DNA of 64,000 bases from Bdellovibrionales bacterium Ga0074137 (GTDB taxonomy: Bacteria > Bdellovibrionota > Bdellovibrionia > Bdellovibrionales > JAMPXM01): positions 23,746-87,745 of the forward strand of contig LNDT01000027.1 of the NCBI GenBank assembly GCA_001464715.1, given 5' to 3'. Shown here in pieces: positions 55,034 through 64,000 of this stretch (position 1 is the first letter of the stretch; each line of letters opens with the position of its first letter). Under the pieces are notes generated by a model. It did no database searches and was not told where the DNA came from. It saw only the letters and a program-made list of their open reading frames with translations. A program made the position numbers and the translations under genes.

Positions 55034-56164
55034 ATGTCGATGTCCCATCGATCGTCCGGAGGTTTTGTGCGCCAGAATTTGTTTCACTCGCTGCGGGCTC
55101 GTTGCTTAGGCTTCGCGCCGAATTTGGTCGCGCCGATTCTGGTCGCTCTGATGGTCGTTGTAACCCTCGTCTCCTGCACAAAAAAAGAAGCGGGGACTCC
55201 TGGGAGTTCGTCAGAAAAACTGGCGGGTCCTGGAATTACGATCGGACTCGTTCTCGACAAAGGTGGAAAGGACGACAAGTCCTTCAATTCGGCCGCTGTC
55301 GCGGGGGCCGAACGTGCCGCTAAAGAATTTGGCGTCGTGATAAAAGATGTCGAAAGTCCCGATGACGCCGCTTTTGAACCCGCGATGAGGACGTTCGCAG
55401 AACGCGGCATGCCGCTGGTGATCGGAATTGGATTTGCTCAAACAGATCCGATGAAGAAAGTCGCGGCACAATTTCCTAAAACACACTTCGCCGTCATTGA
55501 TGGAGTTGTCGAAGGACCCAACGTAACGAGCTTCATGTTTGAAGAGCACGAGGGTAGTTACCTTGTTGGCTACTTGGCCGGCCTTGTAACAAAAACGGGA
55601 AAAGTCGGCTTTGTTGGCGGCATGGAAATCGCGATGATTCGGCGTTTTCTTATGGCCTACGAGGCAGGCGTTATTGCGGCAAACCCAAAAGCGAAAGTTT
55701 TTAGCAACTTTGTCGGAATCACGGCGTCGGCGTGGGCGAACCCAAGTAAGGGGAAGGAGCTTGCTCTTTCACAGATCGGACAAGGCGCAGATATCATTTT
55801 TCACGCGGCGGGCGCTTCAGGAATGGGCGTTTTCGATGCCGTCGAAGAAAAGAAAGTTTTCGCGATCGGTGTAGATTCAAACCAAAACGGAATTAAACCA
55901 GGCCGCGTTCTTACGAGCATGCTGAAACGCGTGGACAACGCAGTTTATGAAGTGATTCGGTCAGAAGTTGAAGGACGATTCAAACCGGGGCCCAATTCTT
56001 TCGGTCTGAAAGACAAGGGCGTGGATATGGCTGTCGACGCTAACAATGAAGCGCTCGTCGCGCCCCATATGAAAAAACTTGATGAAGTCCGCGAGCAGAT
56101 TATTTCCGGAAAAATCGTCGTTCCTGATTTCTACAAAACGCAACCAACGAGCGGCACAAAGTGA
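55034..56164 (+). CDS. BMP-family (PnrA/Med-like) ABC substrate-binding lipoprotein
   Basis: Lipobox VVTLVSC. The motif GLVLDKGGKDDKSFNSAAVAGAERAAKEFG is typical of the basic-membrane-protein nucleoside-binding family. The start is uncertain; the track ORF begins with a TTG at 54941. Confidence 0.8.
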   Translation: MSMSHRSSGGFVRQNLFHSLRARCLGFAPNLVAPILVALMVVVTLVSCTKKEAGTPGSSSEKLAGPGITIGLVLDKGGKDDKSFNSAAVAGAERAAKEFGVVIKDVESPDDAAFEPAMRTFAERGMPLVIGIGFAQTDPMKKVAAQFPKTHFAVIDGVVEGPNVTSFMFEEHEGSYLVGYLAGLVTKTGKVGFVGGMEIAMIRRFLMAYEAGVIAANPKAKVFSNFVGITASAWANPSKGKELALSQIGQGADIIFHAAGASGMGVFDAVEEKKVFAIGVDSNQNGIKPGRVLTSMLKRVDNAVYEVIRSEVEGRFKPGPNSFGLKDKGVDMAVDANNEALVAPHMKKLDEVREQIISGKIVVPDFYKTQPTSGTK

Positions 56165-57768
56165 TTTCCGGACCGACGGAGGCCGTTGAATTTATCGGTA
56201 TCGGCAAGAGCTTTGGTTCGTGCCGTGCCGTCGACCACGTCACCGGAAATTTTTCGGCCGGAAGAATTCACGCCATTCTTGGTGAAAACGGCGCCGGCAA
56301 ATCGACTTTGATGAAACTTTTGTTCGGCCTTTATGGGCCGACCGAAGGAAAAATTCGCGTCAAAGGTACCGAAAGACATTGGCGATCCCCCGCGGACTCG
56401 ATGGACGCGGGACTTGGTATGGTTCAACAGCACTTCACGCTGGTCGAATCACTGTCGGTGATCGACAACATTATGCTGGGGGCTGAAGCTTGTTCCGCGT
56501 TTGGAGTTTTAGACCGTGAACGTGCCATTCAACTACTTGAAGCGGAACTTCCCTCTGCCGATTTGAGTCTTGATTGGAATCGCCAGGTCTCTGACCTATC
56601 TGTCGGGGAAAAACAAAAAGTTGAAATTCTAAAGCTGATCGCACGTAAGGCTGACATTTTAGTCCTTGATGAGCCGACGGCTGTTTTGGCGCCGCAGGAA
56701 ATTTCGGGACTCTTCTCGATTTTGAAAGAGCTTAAAAAACAGGGTCGAACGGTTTTTGTGATTACCCATAAGCTGGGTGAGGTTTTCGAACATTGCGACA
56801 CCTGGTTCGTGTTGCGCGCCGGGCGCAGTATTGCCAGCGGAGAAGTTCATCAGACCAAAGTTGAAGACGTCGTTCGTGCGATGGTGGGAACAAATCTTCC
56901 GCCCCTTTCGGACCTATCGAAAAGGAACCCGGGCGAAGCCCGATTGAAGTTTGAAAACGTATCCGTCAAAAAAACATCGCACGTCTTGAACAATCTCTCA
57001 TTCGAAGTCCGGTCGGGTGAAATCGTCGGCATCGCAGGAATTGATGGGTCAGGTCAGGCCGAAGTCGTCGCGGCCAGTTTGGGTCTTGTTTCATTTTCTG
57101 GAGAGATCACGGTTCTCGGAGATGTGATCCCGGGTTCACAATCGTCCGATGCTGCGGCCAAGCGAATCGAAAGATTAAGGAACGCGGGCTTAGCGCTTGT
57201 CTCTGAAGATCGACACACGCAGAGCCTCTGGATGAATGAGTCCGTTCAGTTGAATACGGGACTTGGCGTCGATTCGACGAAAAGCTTTTTTAAAAATGGC
57301 CTGCTGCAATCGAAAGTTTGGACGACCGCCGTCTCCAATTGGCTCAAGTCCTTCGATGTTCGATTTCCATCGCTTGAAATATCTGTGGATCGCCTTTCGG
57401 GAGGAAATCAGCAGAAATTAATTTTCGCTCGTGAACTTCTGGGGCGAACGCCGAGGTTGATCGTCGTACATCAACCCACTCGTGGGGTCGACTTTCTTTC
57501 GATCCGCCTGATCTATGAACGTTTGCTTGAGGCCCGAGAGGGCGGTGCGGCCATCTTGGTTATCTCGAGTGAACTGGATGAACTGATGACATTGTCAGAC
57601 CGCATTTTCGTTCTGTGTGCCGGTCGCAAGACGGGCGAATTCATCCGCGCGACAGATACAGCGCGGGGTGCTTTTGATAGAACTGCAATCGGGGCCGCGA
57701 TGACGAGCGCCTCACCGATGACCGCGAGCGAACAATCTTCGCGAAAGCAGACGGAAGTGTCGCTGTGA
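56161..57768 (+). CDS. ABC transporter ATPase with two fused nucleotide-binding domains
   Basis: GENGAGKST / LSVGEKQKVEI / LVLDEPT in NBD1. The second NBD has GIDGSGQ / LSGGNQQK / VHQPTRGVD. The GTG start overlaps the upstream stop. Confidence 0.85.
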   Translation: MISGPTEAVEFIGIGKSFGSCRAVDHVTGNFSAGRIHAILGENGAGKSTLMKLLFGLYGPTEGKIRVKGTERHWRSPADSMDAGLGMVQQHFTLVESLSVIDNIMLGAEACSAFGVLDRERAIQLLEAELPSADLSLDWNRQVSDLSVGEKQKVEILKLIARKADILVLDEPTAVLAPQEISGLFSILKELKKQGRTVFVITHKLGEVFEHCDTWFVLRAGRSIASGEVHQTKVEDVVRAMVGTNLPPLSDLSKRNPGEARLKFENVSVKKTSHVLNNLSFEVRSGEIVGIAGIDGSGQAEVVAASLGLVSFSGEITVLGDVIPGSQSSDAAAKRIERLRNAGLALVSEDRHTQSLWMNESVQLNTGLGVDSTKSFFKNGLLQSKVWTTAVSNWLKSFDVRFPSLEISVDRLSGGNQQKLIFARELLGRTPRLIVVHQPTRGVDFLSIRLIYERLLEAREGGAAILVISSELDELMTLSDRIFVLCAGRKTGEFIRATDTARGAFDRTAIGAAMTSASPMTASEQSSRKQTEVSL

Positions 57769-58832
57769 ATTTTGTAACGAAAAACATTTCGTGGTTCGTG
57801 ACCTTAGGCGCCGTTCTTCTGGGATTTTCCGCGGCTCTTCTTCTCGCCGCTGTTCTTGGAGAAAGTCCTTCGTTGGTCGCCACTGTTCTGATTCGCGGCG
57901 CTGTTGGCTCTGCGACGTCTCTTGGATACTCGCTCTATTATGCGACTCCCCTGATTTTTACTGGCCTGGCGGTTTCGTGGGCGCTCAAGGCCGGACTTTT
58001 TAATATCGGTGCCGAAGGACAAATGACTTTGGGTGGCGTCGCAATGGCGGCGGTTGGCATTTTGGCGTCGGGTCTTCCCGCTGCGGTCGCGTGGCCCCTG
58101 GCGCTCTTCGCAGGTTTTGGCGCCGGAGCTTCGGCCGGCTGGATTGTCGCTTGGTTCAAGGTTCGTCGCGGGGTCCATGAAGTTTTGGGATCCATCTTGA
58201 TGAACTTTGTGAGCTACGGAATCGCCGGACTTTTTATTTTGAATATCTTCAGAAATCCAAGCTCACAGAATCCTGAAACTCTGCCCATCGGGCCAGGGTT
58301 CGAACTTTCACAGTTGAGTCTCATCGGCGGAACAAGTCCTCTAAATGTCGCTTTTGTTTTCGCGTTGGTGTTTGCGGCTGTCGCTGACTTTGTCATTCGA
58401 AGGACTCGCCTTGGGATGAATTTACGGTGGTCCGGAGGAGCACCTGAATTTGCTCGACGATCTGGCCTCAGCATCGACCGTGAAACAATGCGGGCTTTAG
58501 CCATTTCAGGAGGCCTTGCCGGGCTTGCGGGCGCATCGGTGGTTCTTGGTTACATGCACAAGGCGCGTGAAGGATTTTCGGCGGGAGCGGGATTCATCGG
58601 AATTGCCGTCGCACTGTTGGGGCGTGGAAATCCGTGGGGCGTCATTGTTGCCGCTCTCTTATTCGGTGGTCTACAAAAAGGTTCGCTGGATTTGGATATC
58701 GATACCGATAAAATTTCACGCGATCTGGCTGGAGTGATCCAGGCTTTGATCGTTATGGCCGTCGCAGCACGTCCCGTGATCGAAGCAGGTTTAAGGACTT
58801 GGCTTGAGCGTCGAAAGCGTGAGGCGACGTAA
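57765..58832 (+). CDS. ABC transporter permease (BMP/nucleoside-type)
   Basis: Polytopic, 355 aa. Overlaps the upstream gene by 4 nt. Confidence 0.8.
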   Translation: MNFVTKNISWFVTLGAVLLGFSAALLLAAVLGESPSLVATVLIRGAVGSATSLGYSLYYATPLIFTGLAVSWALKAGLFNIGAEGQMTLGGVAMAAVGILASGLPAAVAWPLALFAGFGAGASAGWIVAWFKVRRGVHEVLGSILMNFVSYGIAGLFILNIFRNPSSQNPETLPIGPGFELSQLSLIGGTSPLNVAFVFALVFAAVADFVIRRTRLGMNLRWSGGAPEFARRSGLSIDRETMRALAISGGLAGLAGASVVLGYMHKAREGFSAGAGFIGIAVALLGRGNPWGVIVAALLFGGLQKGSLDLDIDTDKISRDLAGVIQALIVMAVAARPVIEAGLRTWLERRKREAT

Positions 58833-59704
58833 TGGAACTACTTATCGCTTTCGTCGAAAGTGTCATGCGCGTCAGTGTTCCGCTTTTGTTTGCGGCTTAC
58901 GGTGGTCTTATTTCTGAGCGGTCAGGTTTGGCGAACGTGGCTCTTGAGGGACAACTTCTATTGTCGGCGTTTGTTGCTGCGGCGACTGTTGCTCTAACTC
59001 AAAACGCCTGGGTCGGTTTGGGGGCTGGAATTGTCGCCGGTGGATTGGGTGGTGCTGTGTTCGGATGGACTTCGGTGAAGTCTCGCGCGGACCATATCGT
59101 TATCGGGATCGCCTTCAATATGCTGATCGCCGGGTTAATACCAACGGTGTGTCGTGCTTGGTTTGGTGTCACGGGCGGCACGCCACAGCTTCAGCGCGAT
59201 GCGCGTTTTACATCTGACATTTCCTTTTTCTTAGCCGCAGTTCTCGTCGGTGGAATTTTGTGGTGGGCACTTCAGTCGACGCGATGGGGTCTTCGCCTGA
59301 AGGCCGCGGGTGATCGGCCTGAAGCTTTAACGGTTCAAGGCGTGAGTGCCGGTTGGGTGCGAATTCAGGCATCAACTCTTTGCGGATTGGTTGTTGGAAT
59401 TGGCGGCGTGAACTTAAGTCTTTGTCAGGGGAGCGGATACATTCGCGAAATGGCCGGAGGCCGAGGCTTCATCGCGTTGGCTGCGATTATCTTTGGCGGT
59501 TGGCGTCCCGTTCAAACAGGTCTCGCGTGTTTGCTGTTTGCAGTGGCGGACGCTGTACAGACGATGCTTCAGGGAAAATCTATTTTCGATTTAGCAATAC
59601 CGAATTCAATTGTGCAGATCATTCCGTATGTGGCGACACTTCTGCTTTTGGCTTTCCGACGCTCGATGATGTCGGCGCCCTCGGCTATCAATAAGCCAGT
59701 TTAG
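58832..59704 (+). CDS. ABC transporter permease (second subunit)
   Basis: Polytopic, 290 aa. The ATG overlaps the upstream stop (TAATG). Confidence 0.8.
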   Translation: MELLIAFVESVMRVSVPLLFAAYGGLISERSGLANVALEGQLLLSAFVAAATVALTQNAWVGLGAGIVAGGLGGAVFGWTSVKSRADHIVIGIAFNMLIAGLIPTVCRAWFGVTGGTPQLQRDARFTSDISFFLAAVLVGGILWWALQSTRWGLRLKAAGDRPEALTVQGVSAGWVRIQASTLCGLVVGIGGVNLSLCQGSGYIREMAGGRGFIALAAIIFGGWRPVQTGLACLLFAVADAVQTMLQGKSIFDLAIPNSIVQIIPYVATLLLLAFRRSMMSAPSAINKPV

Positions 59705-59738
59705 GCGCCGATCACGGCGAGATGTTTTTTGAGGTCTG

Positions 59739-60731
59739 CTACCGCTTCGCGAGATAGCCGTTGTCGCGACTCCAGCGAAGACTTGCTTCAAGGGCTTCCT
59801 GCGCCGGCCGCGGTTGAAAACCAAATTCACGAGTGGCTTTTTCATGTTTAAACCAATGGTACAAAACGGCTGTCCAAGCATTCTCAGTATTGATGGGTCC
59901 CTTTTTTCCAATAAGCTCGAGTGCGTCTCCAAATTTTCCCAATCCGAAAAGTGCGGCCCGTGGCAGGGCCCAGGTCGGAGGTTTTACGCCCGCGATATTA
60001 GCGATCCGCTCGAAAGTATCTTTGATCGTCAAATTCTCGCCGCAAGCGATGGTACGTTCGCCAGACGTTCCATGGCGAAACGCACGCACGCACAAATCGA
60101 CGACATCTTCGACGTGAACAATATTGACGCCGCCAGGTGGATAGAACGGAAACTGACCGCGGGCCACTTTCAATTGAGCCCCACGACTTCCTTTTTTCGC
60201 ATCGCCGGGTCCATAAATCGTCGACGGATTGATAGCGACGGCGTCCAAAAGTCCTTTTCGGACGGCCTCGAAGACAGCAAGTTCAGCATCGTGTTTAGTT
60301 TCGAAGTAGCCGAGGTTCAGATGGTGAATATTGTATTTTGAATTTTCCGTGAGGATCTCTTGAGGCGTAAATCCGGCACCGACCGCAGTCACTGAACTCA
60401 GATGAAGGAGACGAGCCTGGCCGGTTTTCTTAATCGCCGAGATAACATTTTTTGTGCCTTGAACATTGACCTCTTCCATCGCGGCTCGCTGCGCTCTCGA
60501 GTAAGCGATCAAACCAGCAAGATGAAACACGCCACCGACACCCCGACAGGCTTCGACCAAGCTTTGAAGATTGGTAACGTCACCTTCGGCGACTTCGACT
60601 TTCAAATCTTGTAAGTCATCGAGTTTGTGTTTCGAACGAACAAGAGCCCGGACTTCAAAACCTTCGTCGAGGAGTCTTCGCGTCATCCAATGGCCAAGAA
60701 ATCCGGTCGCACCTGTTACAAGTACTTTCAT
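59739..60731 (-). CDS. NAD-dependent epimerase/dehydratase (extended SDR)
   Basis: The ATG at 60729-60731 gives MKVLVTGATGFLGHWMTRRLLDEGFEVRALVR. YxxxK context YFETKHDAE. Confidence 0.8.
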   Translation of the reverse strand: MKVLVTGATGFLGHWMTRRLLDEGFEVRALVRSKHKLDDLQDLKVEVAEGDVTNLQSLVEACRGVGGVFHLAGLIAYSRAQRAAMEEVNVQGTKNVISAIKKTGQARLLHLSSVTAVGAGFTPQEILTENSKYNIHHLNLGYFETKHDAELAVFEAVRKGLLDAVAINPSTIYGPGDAKKGSRGAQLKVARGQFPFYPPGGVNIVHVEDVVDLCVRAFRHGTSGERTIACGENLTIKDTFERIANIAGVKPPTWALPRAALFGLGKFGDALELIGKKGPINTENAWTAVLYHWFKHEKATREFGFQPRPAQEALEASLRWSRDNGYLAKR

Positions 60732-60834
60732 ATAACTATCTCCTCCGAACACTGGTCGTCCTAAGACTCTATGCTCGACATCGACGTGCCGTCTTCTTTA
60801 TCCTGCTTGAGTCACTGAAAATTTTGGAGGTTCG

Positions 60835-61296
60835 ATGGGCGCTCAGCTATTAAAGAATGTTTATCTGTTCAAAGACTTCACCGCGGCGGAAGTCGACCAG
60901 TTGAACGAACTTGCTCAGGTTGAGACCTTCAATATTGGAGACGAGATTTTCGCTGAAGGCGACGCCGCCGTATCGCTGTTTCTGATTAAATACGGTTCTG
61001 TTCGAATTCGTCGCTCGGGTCAGTCTGACGGTGTCGACATTGCGCAACTGGGGACGGGGTCTCATTTCGGAGAAATGTCATTTCTTGATGGTGAACCGCG
61101 ATCAACGACAATCATTGCCGCAGAAAAGTCAGAGATCGTGAAAATCGATTTTTCAGCTCTCCGTGCTTATTTTGAAAAACACCCGGCCGTGGCTGTGAAG
61201 TTTTATCGCTCGCTTTCAAATTTCTTGTGTGGGCGATTGCGGCTAACGACGATGGATCTTTCATTTTCTCGCGAAAAAAATATTCGCCACTTCTAA
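60835..61296 (+). CDS. stand-alone cyclic-nucleotide-binding domain protein
   Basis: GGAGG SD. The cNMP-binding signature is GDEIFAEGD..LGTGSHFGEMSFLDGEPRSTTIIA. At 153 aa it has no effector domain. Confidence 0.8.
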   Translation: MGAQLLKNVYLFKDFTAAEVDQLNELAQVETFNIGDEIFAEGDAAVSLFLIKYGSVRIRRSGQSDGVDIAQLGTGSHFGEMSFLDGEPRSTTIIAAEKSEIVKIDFSALRAYFEKHPAVAVKFYRSLSNFLCGRLRLTTMDLSFSREKNIRHF

Positions 61297-61312
61297 GGCT
61301 TGATCATGGGTT

Positions 61313-61906
61313 TTACTTGTGAGTCTTATCCATGCGTTGTTGAATCTTGCGAACAAAGAAGGCGACGAAGCTCGCACATAGAAATCCGATAAGTCCGCCG
61401 AAGACAACGTCGAGCGGATAGTGAACCCCGACGTAGACTCTGGAAAAAGCGACCGTTGCCGCGAAAGCGTAAGCCGGTATCGTCCACGTCGGTGCAAGAA
61501 TCTGCACTGTTCGCGCGAGGGCAAAATTATTGGCCGCGTGGTTTGACGGAAATGACCATCCAGAATGAGAATGCGTACGGAGTTCAACGGGAACTCCGGC
61601 CGCTTCGGGCCGAGGTCGCTCAACCCAGATTTTTACACCCCGGTAAGCGACGAGGTCAGCGAGTCCCATCGAAGCGCCAAGAATCAACGCGCCGATAAGC
61701 CAAGCTCGCGCTTTGGACTTCATCGAATTTAGATCACGTGGTTGTCTCAAAATTTGGAACAGAACGAACATTGCGATGACGGCCCAGAAGACGGGCTCTT
61801 TATGAAGTTCGGTCCACACGGGCATGACGTCATCGAGAACAGTATTGGTCATTCCTGTGTTGATCGCGACAAATGTGTCGCGATCGAGATCTAGAAGAGG
61901 CTCCAT
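61313..61906 (-). CDS. PAP2-family phosphatase (PgpB / undecaprenyl-diphosphatase-like)
   Basis: Motifs KIWVERPRP, SFPSNH and SRVYVGVHYPLDV. Multiple TM segments. Confidence 0.8.
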   Translation of the reverse strand: MEPLLDLDRDTFVAINTGMTNTVLDDVMPVWTELHKEPVFWAVIAMFVLFQILRQPRDLNSMKSKARAWLIGALILGASMGLADLVAYRGVKIWVERPRPEAAGVPVELRTHSHSGWSFPSNHAANNFALARTVQILAPTWTIPAYAFAATVAFSRVYVGVHYPLDVVFGGLIGFLCASFVAFFVRKIQQRMDKTHK

Positions 61907-61940
61907 CGCTTCACTTTACCCAAGAGGCTCTAAAAGAAAA

Positions 61941-61962
61941 GGGCGAACCCTGTGGTTCGCCC
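61941..61962 (-). terminator. rho-independent terminator of CDS 62017..62706
   Basis: GGGCGAACC-CTGT-GGTTCGCCC is followed on the minus strand by TTTTCTTTTA. Confidence 0.7.
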
Positions 61963-62016
61963 GTTCTATGGATGTTTCTGCTGTGATTCCGCTAGGAATC
62001 CGCGACGAAACTATTC

Positions 62017-62706
62017 TTACGCTTTTTTGCAGAACTTGCTGATGTCTTCGAGATTCAGACGAACAGCACGGCCGCCCTCAGCTTTTGGTTTTTCAAGCAT
62101 CTGGTTGGCTTCTTTCATCGCCTCTACTGTCGTACGGCCGCTAGCCTTCAGTTCGTTTGTTTTCTGAAGGAGGAACGTGAGGTTCTCGCGAAGCTCTGGA
62201 GTCCAGCTTTCAGCGATCTTACCAGCGTCGATCAAAAGGCTCGTGTAAGCCTGCTCGATACGAGCGTCAGCCGACATCAAAGCAAGAGCATCAGCAGCAA
62301 CACCTGTTTTGAAGTTCTTCATATCCAAGCGAGCAAGGCCCTCAATCCGAGCCAACGCGAGTTCGCGAGTCGCTTCGTTTTTAGACTGAGCAACAGCTTC
62401 TTTAACGGCCGTTGCAACTTCGGCATTCTTCATGTTTTCACCTAAGCGAGACATCTCGTTTGGAGTCAGGCGAGCATCAAGACGAGCCGACTTCACATCG
62501 GCCAAAACCGAACGAGTCGAACCAGCGTCAGCACCGGCGCGGCCAGCTGTTTCAGCAGCTCTTTTAGCGCCGCGAACTTCCTGAGCGCGAACGCCTTCAG
62601 GCTTTCCTTCGCGACCACCTGGTTTGTTGGCGTGAGCGGCATCGATCATCTGAAACTGGCTTGCAGCCATTGCTACAGCGGCAGCAAGGATTAGGTTCTT
62701 TTTCAT
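62017..62706 (-). CDS. secreted alpha-helical hypothetical protein (229 aa)
   Basis: GAGGAGG SD. Signal peptide MKKNLILAAAVAMAASQFQMIDAAHA. The protein is Ala/Lys/Glu-rich. No family recognised. Confidence 0.6.
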   Translation of the reverse strand: MKKNLILAAAVAMAASQFQMIDAAHANKPGGREGKPEGVRAQEVRGAKRAAETAGRAGADAGSTRSVLADVKSARLDARLTPNEMSRLGENMKNAEVATAVKEAVAQSKNEATRELALARIEGLARLDMKNFKTGVAADALALMSADARIEQAYTSLLIDAGKIAESWTPELRENLTFLLQKTNELKASGRTTVEAMKEANQMLEKPKAEGGRAVRLNLEDISKFCKKA

Positions 62707-62917
62707 TCGGCCTCCTCGAGATTTTCTCGAATATTCGTTTTCTAAAACTTTAAAACTTCAAATTTAAATTCAAACTCAAAATCGGTCGTGGGTTCGTCGC
62801 AAAGTTTGGAGTATCGCTCAAAACGCCTTAAACTTCAGCTTTCAAACCATCTTTCTCGTTCGTTCCTCAGAAACAGTGAATTCGTTATAAGCGATTTTTT
62901 CATGTCTTTCTGATCGC

Positions 62918-63988
62918 CTACAAGCCTTCAACTTGTATGCCGCGGACGACCCCCCAATAGGAGTCCATTTCGCCCAAAAGACCTGTCATATTTTTCATCG
63001 CCTGCTGGTTGATTTTCACGGCATCCGGAGTCGCCTTCGTCTTTTCCTCACGGGCCTTTACGAAAGTCTCGAGTTCGCCGAGGCGCGCCTCAAGTTCCTT
63101 ACGTTTCAGCTCGTAGGCGGCAGAAGCTATGACGCCCTTTTGTTCAACAAAATCGAGGTCGGCAATAATGCCAGCCACGTTTTTGAACTCGAGAAGGACC
63201 GATGTCGTAAGAGTATCGAAGGCCTTGCGCGTGGCCGCGCTCTCGGTGACCTTTGAGGTCTTTCCAAGAATCAACATGTAAAGGGTGGCTTCGTCATAAA
63301 GAGCTTCAAAGGCTCCCAATTTAAACGATCGGCCGTTGTATGTTTTGGCTCCGTCGACTCCGGTCTTCGTGAGAGCCGGAATGTACTTTTCCTTGAGAAT
63401 CAGTCGGTAGTCGGCGCGGAACTGTGCGACGGTGTCGATCACGTGCTTATCGACTTTTTCTGACCACCAGATTTCAAAGGGCGACTTCCAGTTTTCGTCG
63501 ACTTTCTCGGGTGGAAGTTCCGAGCCTACGACCGCAGCGCGCGCTTTTTTCGTAACGATGTCGATAATGCCGTCGTACTGAACGCCACCAATGGTCCATT
63601 TAGCTTCGAACGGATCAAACATGGACCCGTCGCGATTTGAATTGTCGGCGAAGTTCCGGCAGATTTCTGGAGAGATTCCCTCAACGAGACGTGGCGGACG
63701 GAACTCGGCCTGATAGCCGGCCCACTCGGTGACGATGGCGCCTTCTTTAAACTTAGGAATTAAACCGCTCTTGTCACCGCCGGTTGATTCTTCAATGTGA
63801 TCTTTCACGGCGACGAGCACGTTCTCATCATTTGCGCTGGCCGTTTTTCCGCCAAGACCAAACATATCGAGGATTCGCTCAAACGTTGAAAGCGATCGCT
63901 CGCGGTAGATCTTAACTTTTTGGCCGGGCGAGAAGCGAGGATCGATCTCGGGACCACAAACCATCGAAAGCATGAGGTACTCGGTCAT
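62918..63988 (-). CDS. hypothetical protein; the 5' end may extend beyond the right window edge
   Basis: 356-aa ORF. The frame stays open upstream of the ATG at 63986-63988 as far as position 64000 (..SANS-M). No family recognised. Confidence 0.5.
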   Translation of the reverse strand: MTEYLMLSMVCGPEIDPRFSPGQKVKIYRERSLSTFERILDMFGLGGKTASANDENVLVAVKDHIEESTGGDKSGLIPKFKEGAIVTEWAGYQAEFRPPRLVEGISPEICRNFADNSNRDGSMFDPFEAKWTIGGVQYDGIIDIVTKKARAAVVGSELPPEKVDENWKSPFEIWWSEKVDKHVIDTVAQFRADYRLILKEKYIPALTKTGVDGAKTYNGRSFKLGAFEALYDEATLYMLILGKTSKVTESAATRKAFDTLTTSVLLEFKNVAGIIADLDFVEQKGVIASAAYELKRKELEARLGELETFVKAREEKTKATPDAVKINQQAMKNMTGLLGEMDSYWGVVRGIQVEGL

Positions 63989-64000
63989 TGAGTTCGCACT

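Overview
This 64 kb chromosomal window is gene-dense and probably comes from a Bdellovibrio-like predatory bacterium. That lineage call is inferred from gene content and synteny, not computed. I saw no rRNA, CRISPR array, transposase or integrase.

Layout:
- 2.4-16.1 kb: a complete Tad/Flp (type IVb) pilus locus on the minus strand. It holds the Flp pilin, a prepilin peptidase, three pseudopilins, CpaB, a secretin, a MinD/CpaE-CpaF fusion ATPase and a single TadB/C-type platform gene. The operon ends in a toxin-less YD-repeat protein plus small secreted proteins, an arrangement that resembles the published Bdellovibrio host-interaction (hit) locus.
- 16-26 kb: housekeeping genes (nadE, an exonuclease, ferredoxin, a pilW-like/rodZ/GT-C glycosyltransferase operon, an RNA methyltransferase, ndk).
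- 26.9-30 kb: a cluster of orphan secreted proteins.
- 30-34.5 kb: TCA-cycle genes sucDC-mdh-icd.
- 34.6-40.9 kb: an Mla/MCE-type transporter operon with two ATPases and two permeases. The motif pattern predicts an asymmetric heterodimer. A 777-aa membrane protein with a spermidine-synthase-like core is translationally coupled to it.
- 40.9-43.1 kb: an unlisted 29-aa lysine-rich micro-ORF and an orphan TadB/TadC-like pair.
- 43-64 kb: a transsulfuration gene pair, then tRNA-Phe followed by a repeat- and hairpin-rich spacer that duplicates the tRNA 3' end. After that come a B12-radical-SAM gene, dus, typA, a TetR unit, mtgA, a BMP-family nucleoside-type ABC transporter, and several further enzymes and hypothetical proteins.

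All calls rest on reading the translated motifs, ribosome-binding sites and hairpins by eye. No database search was run.
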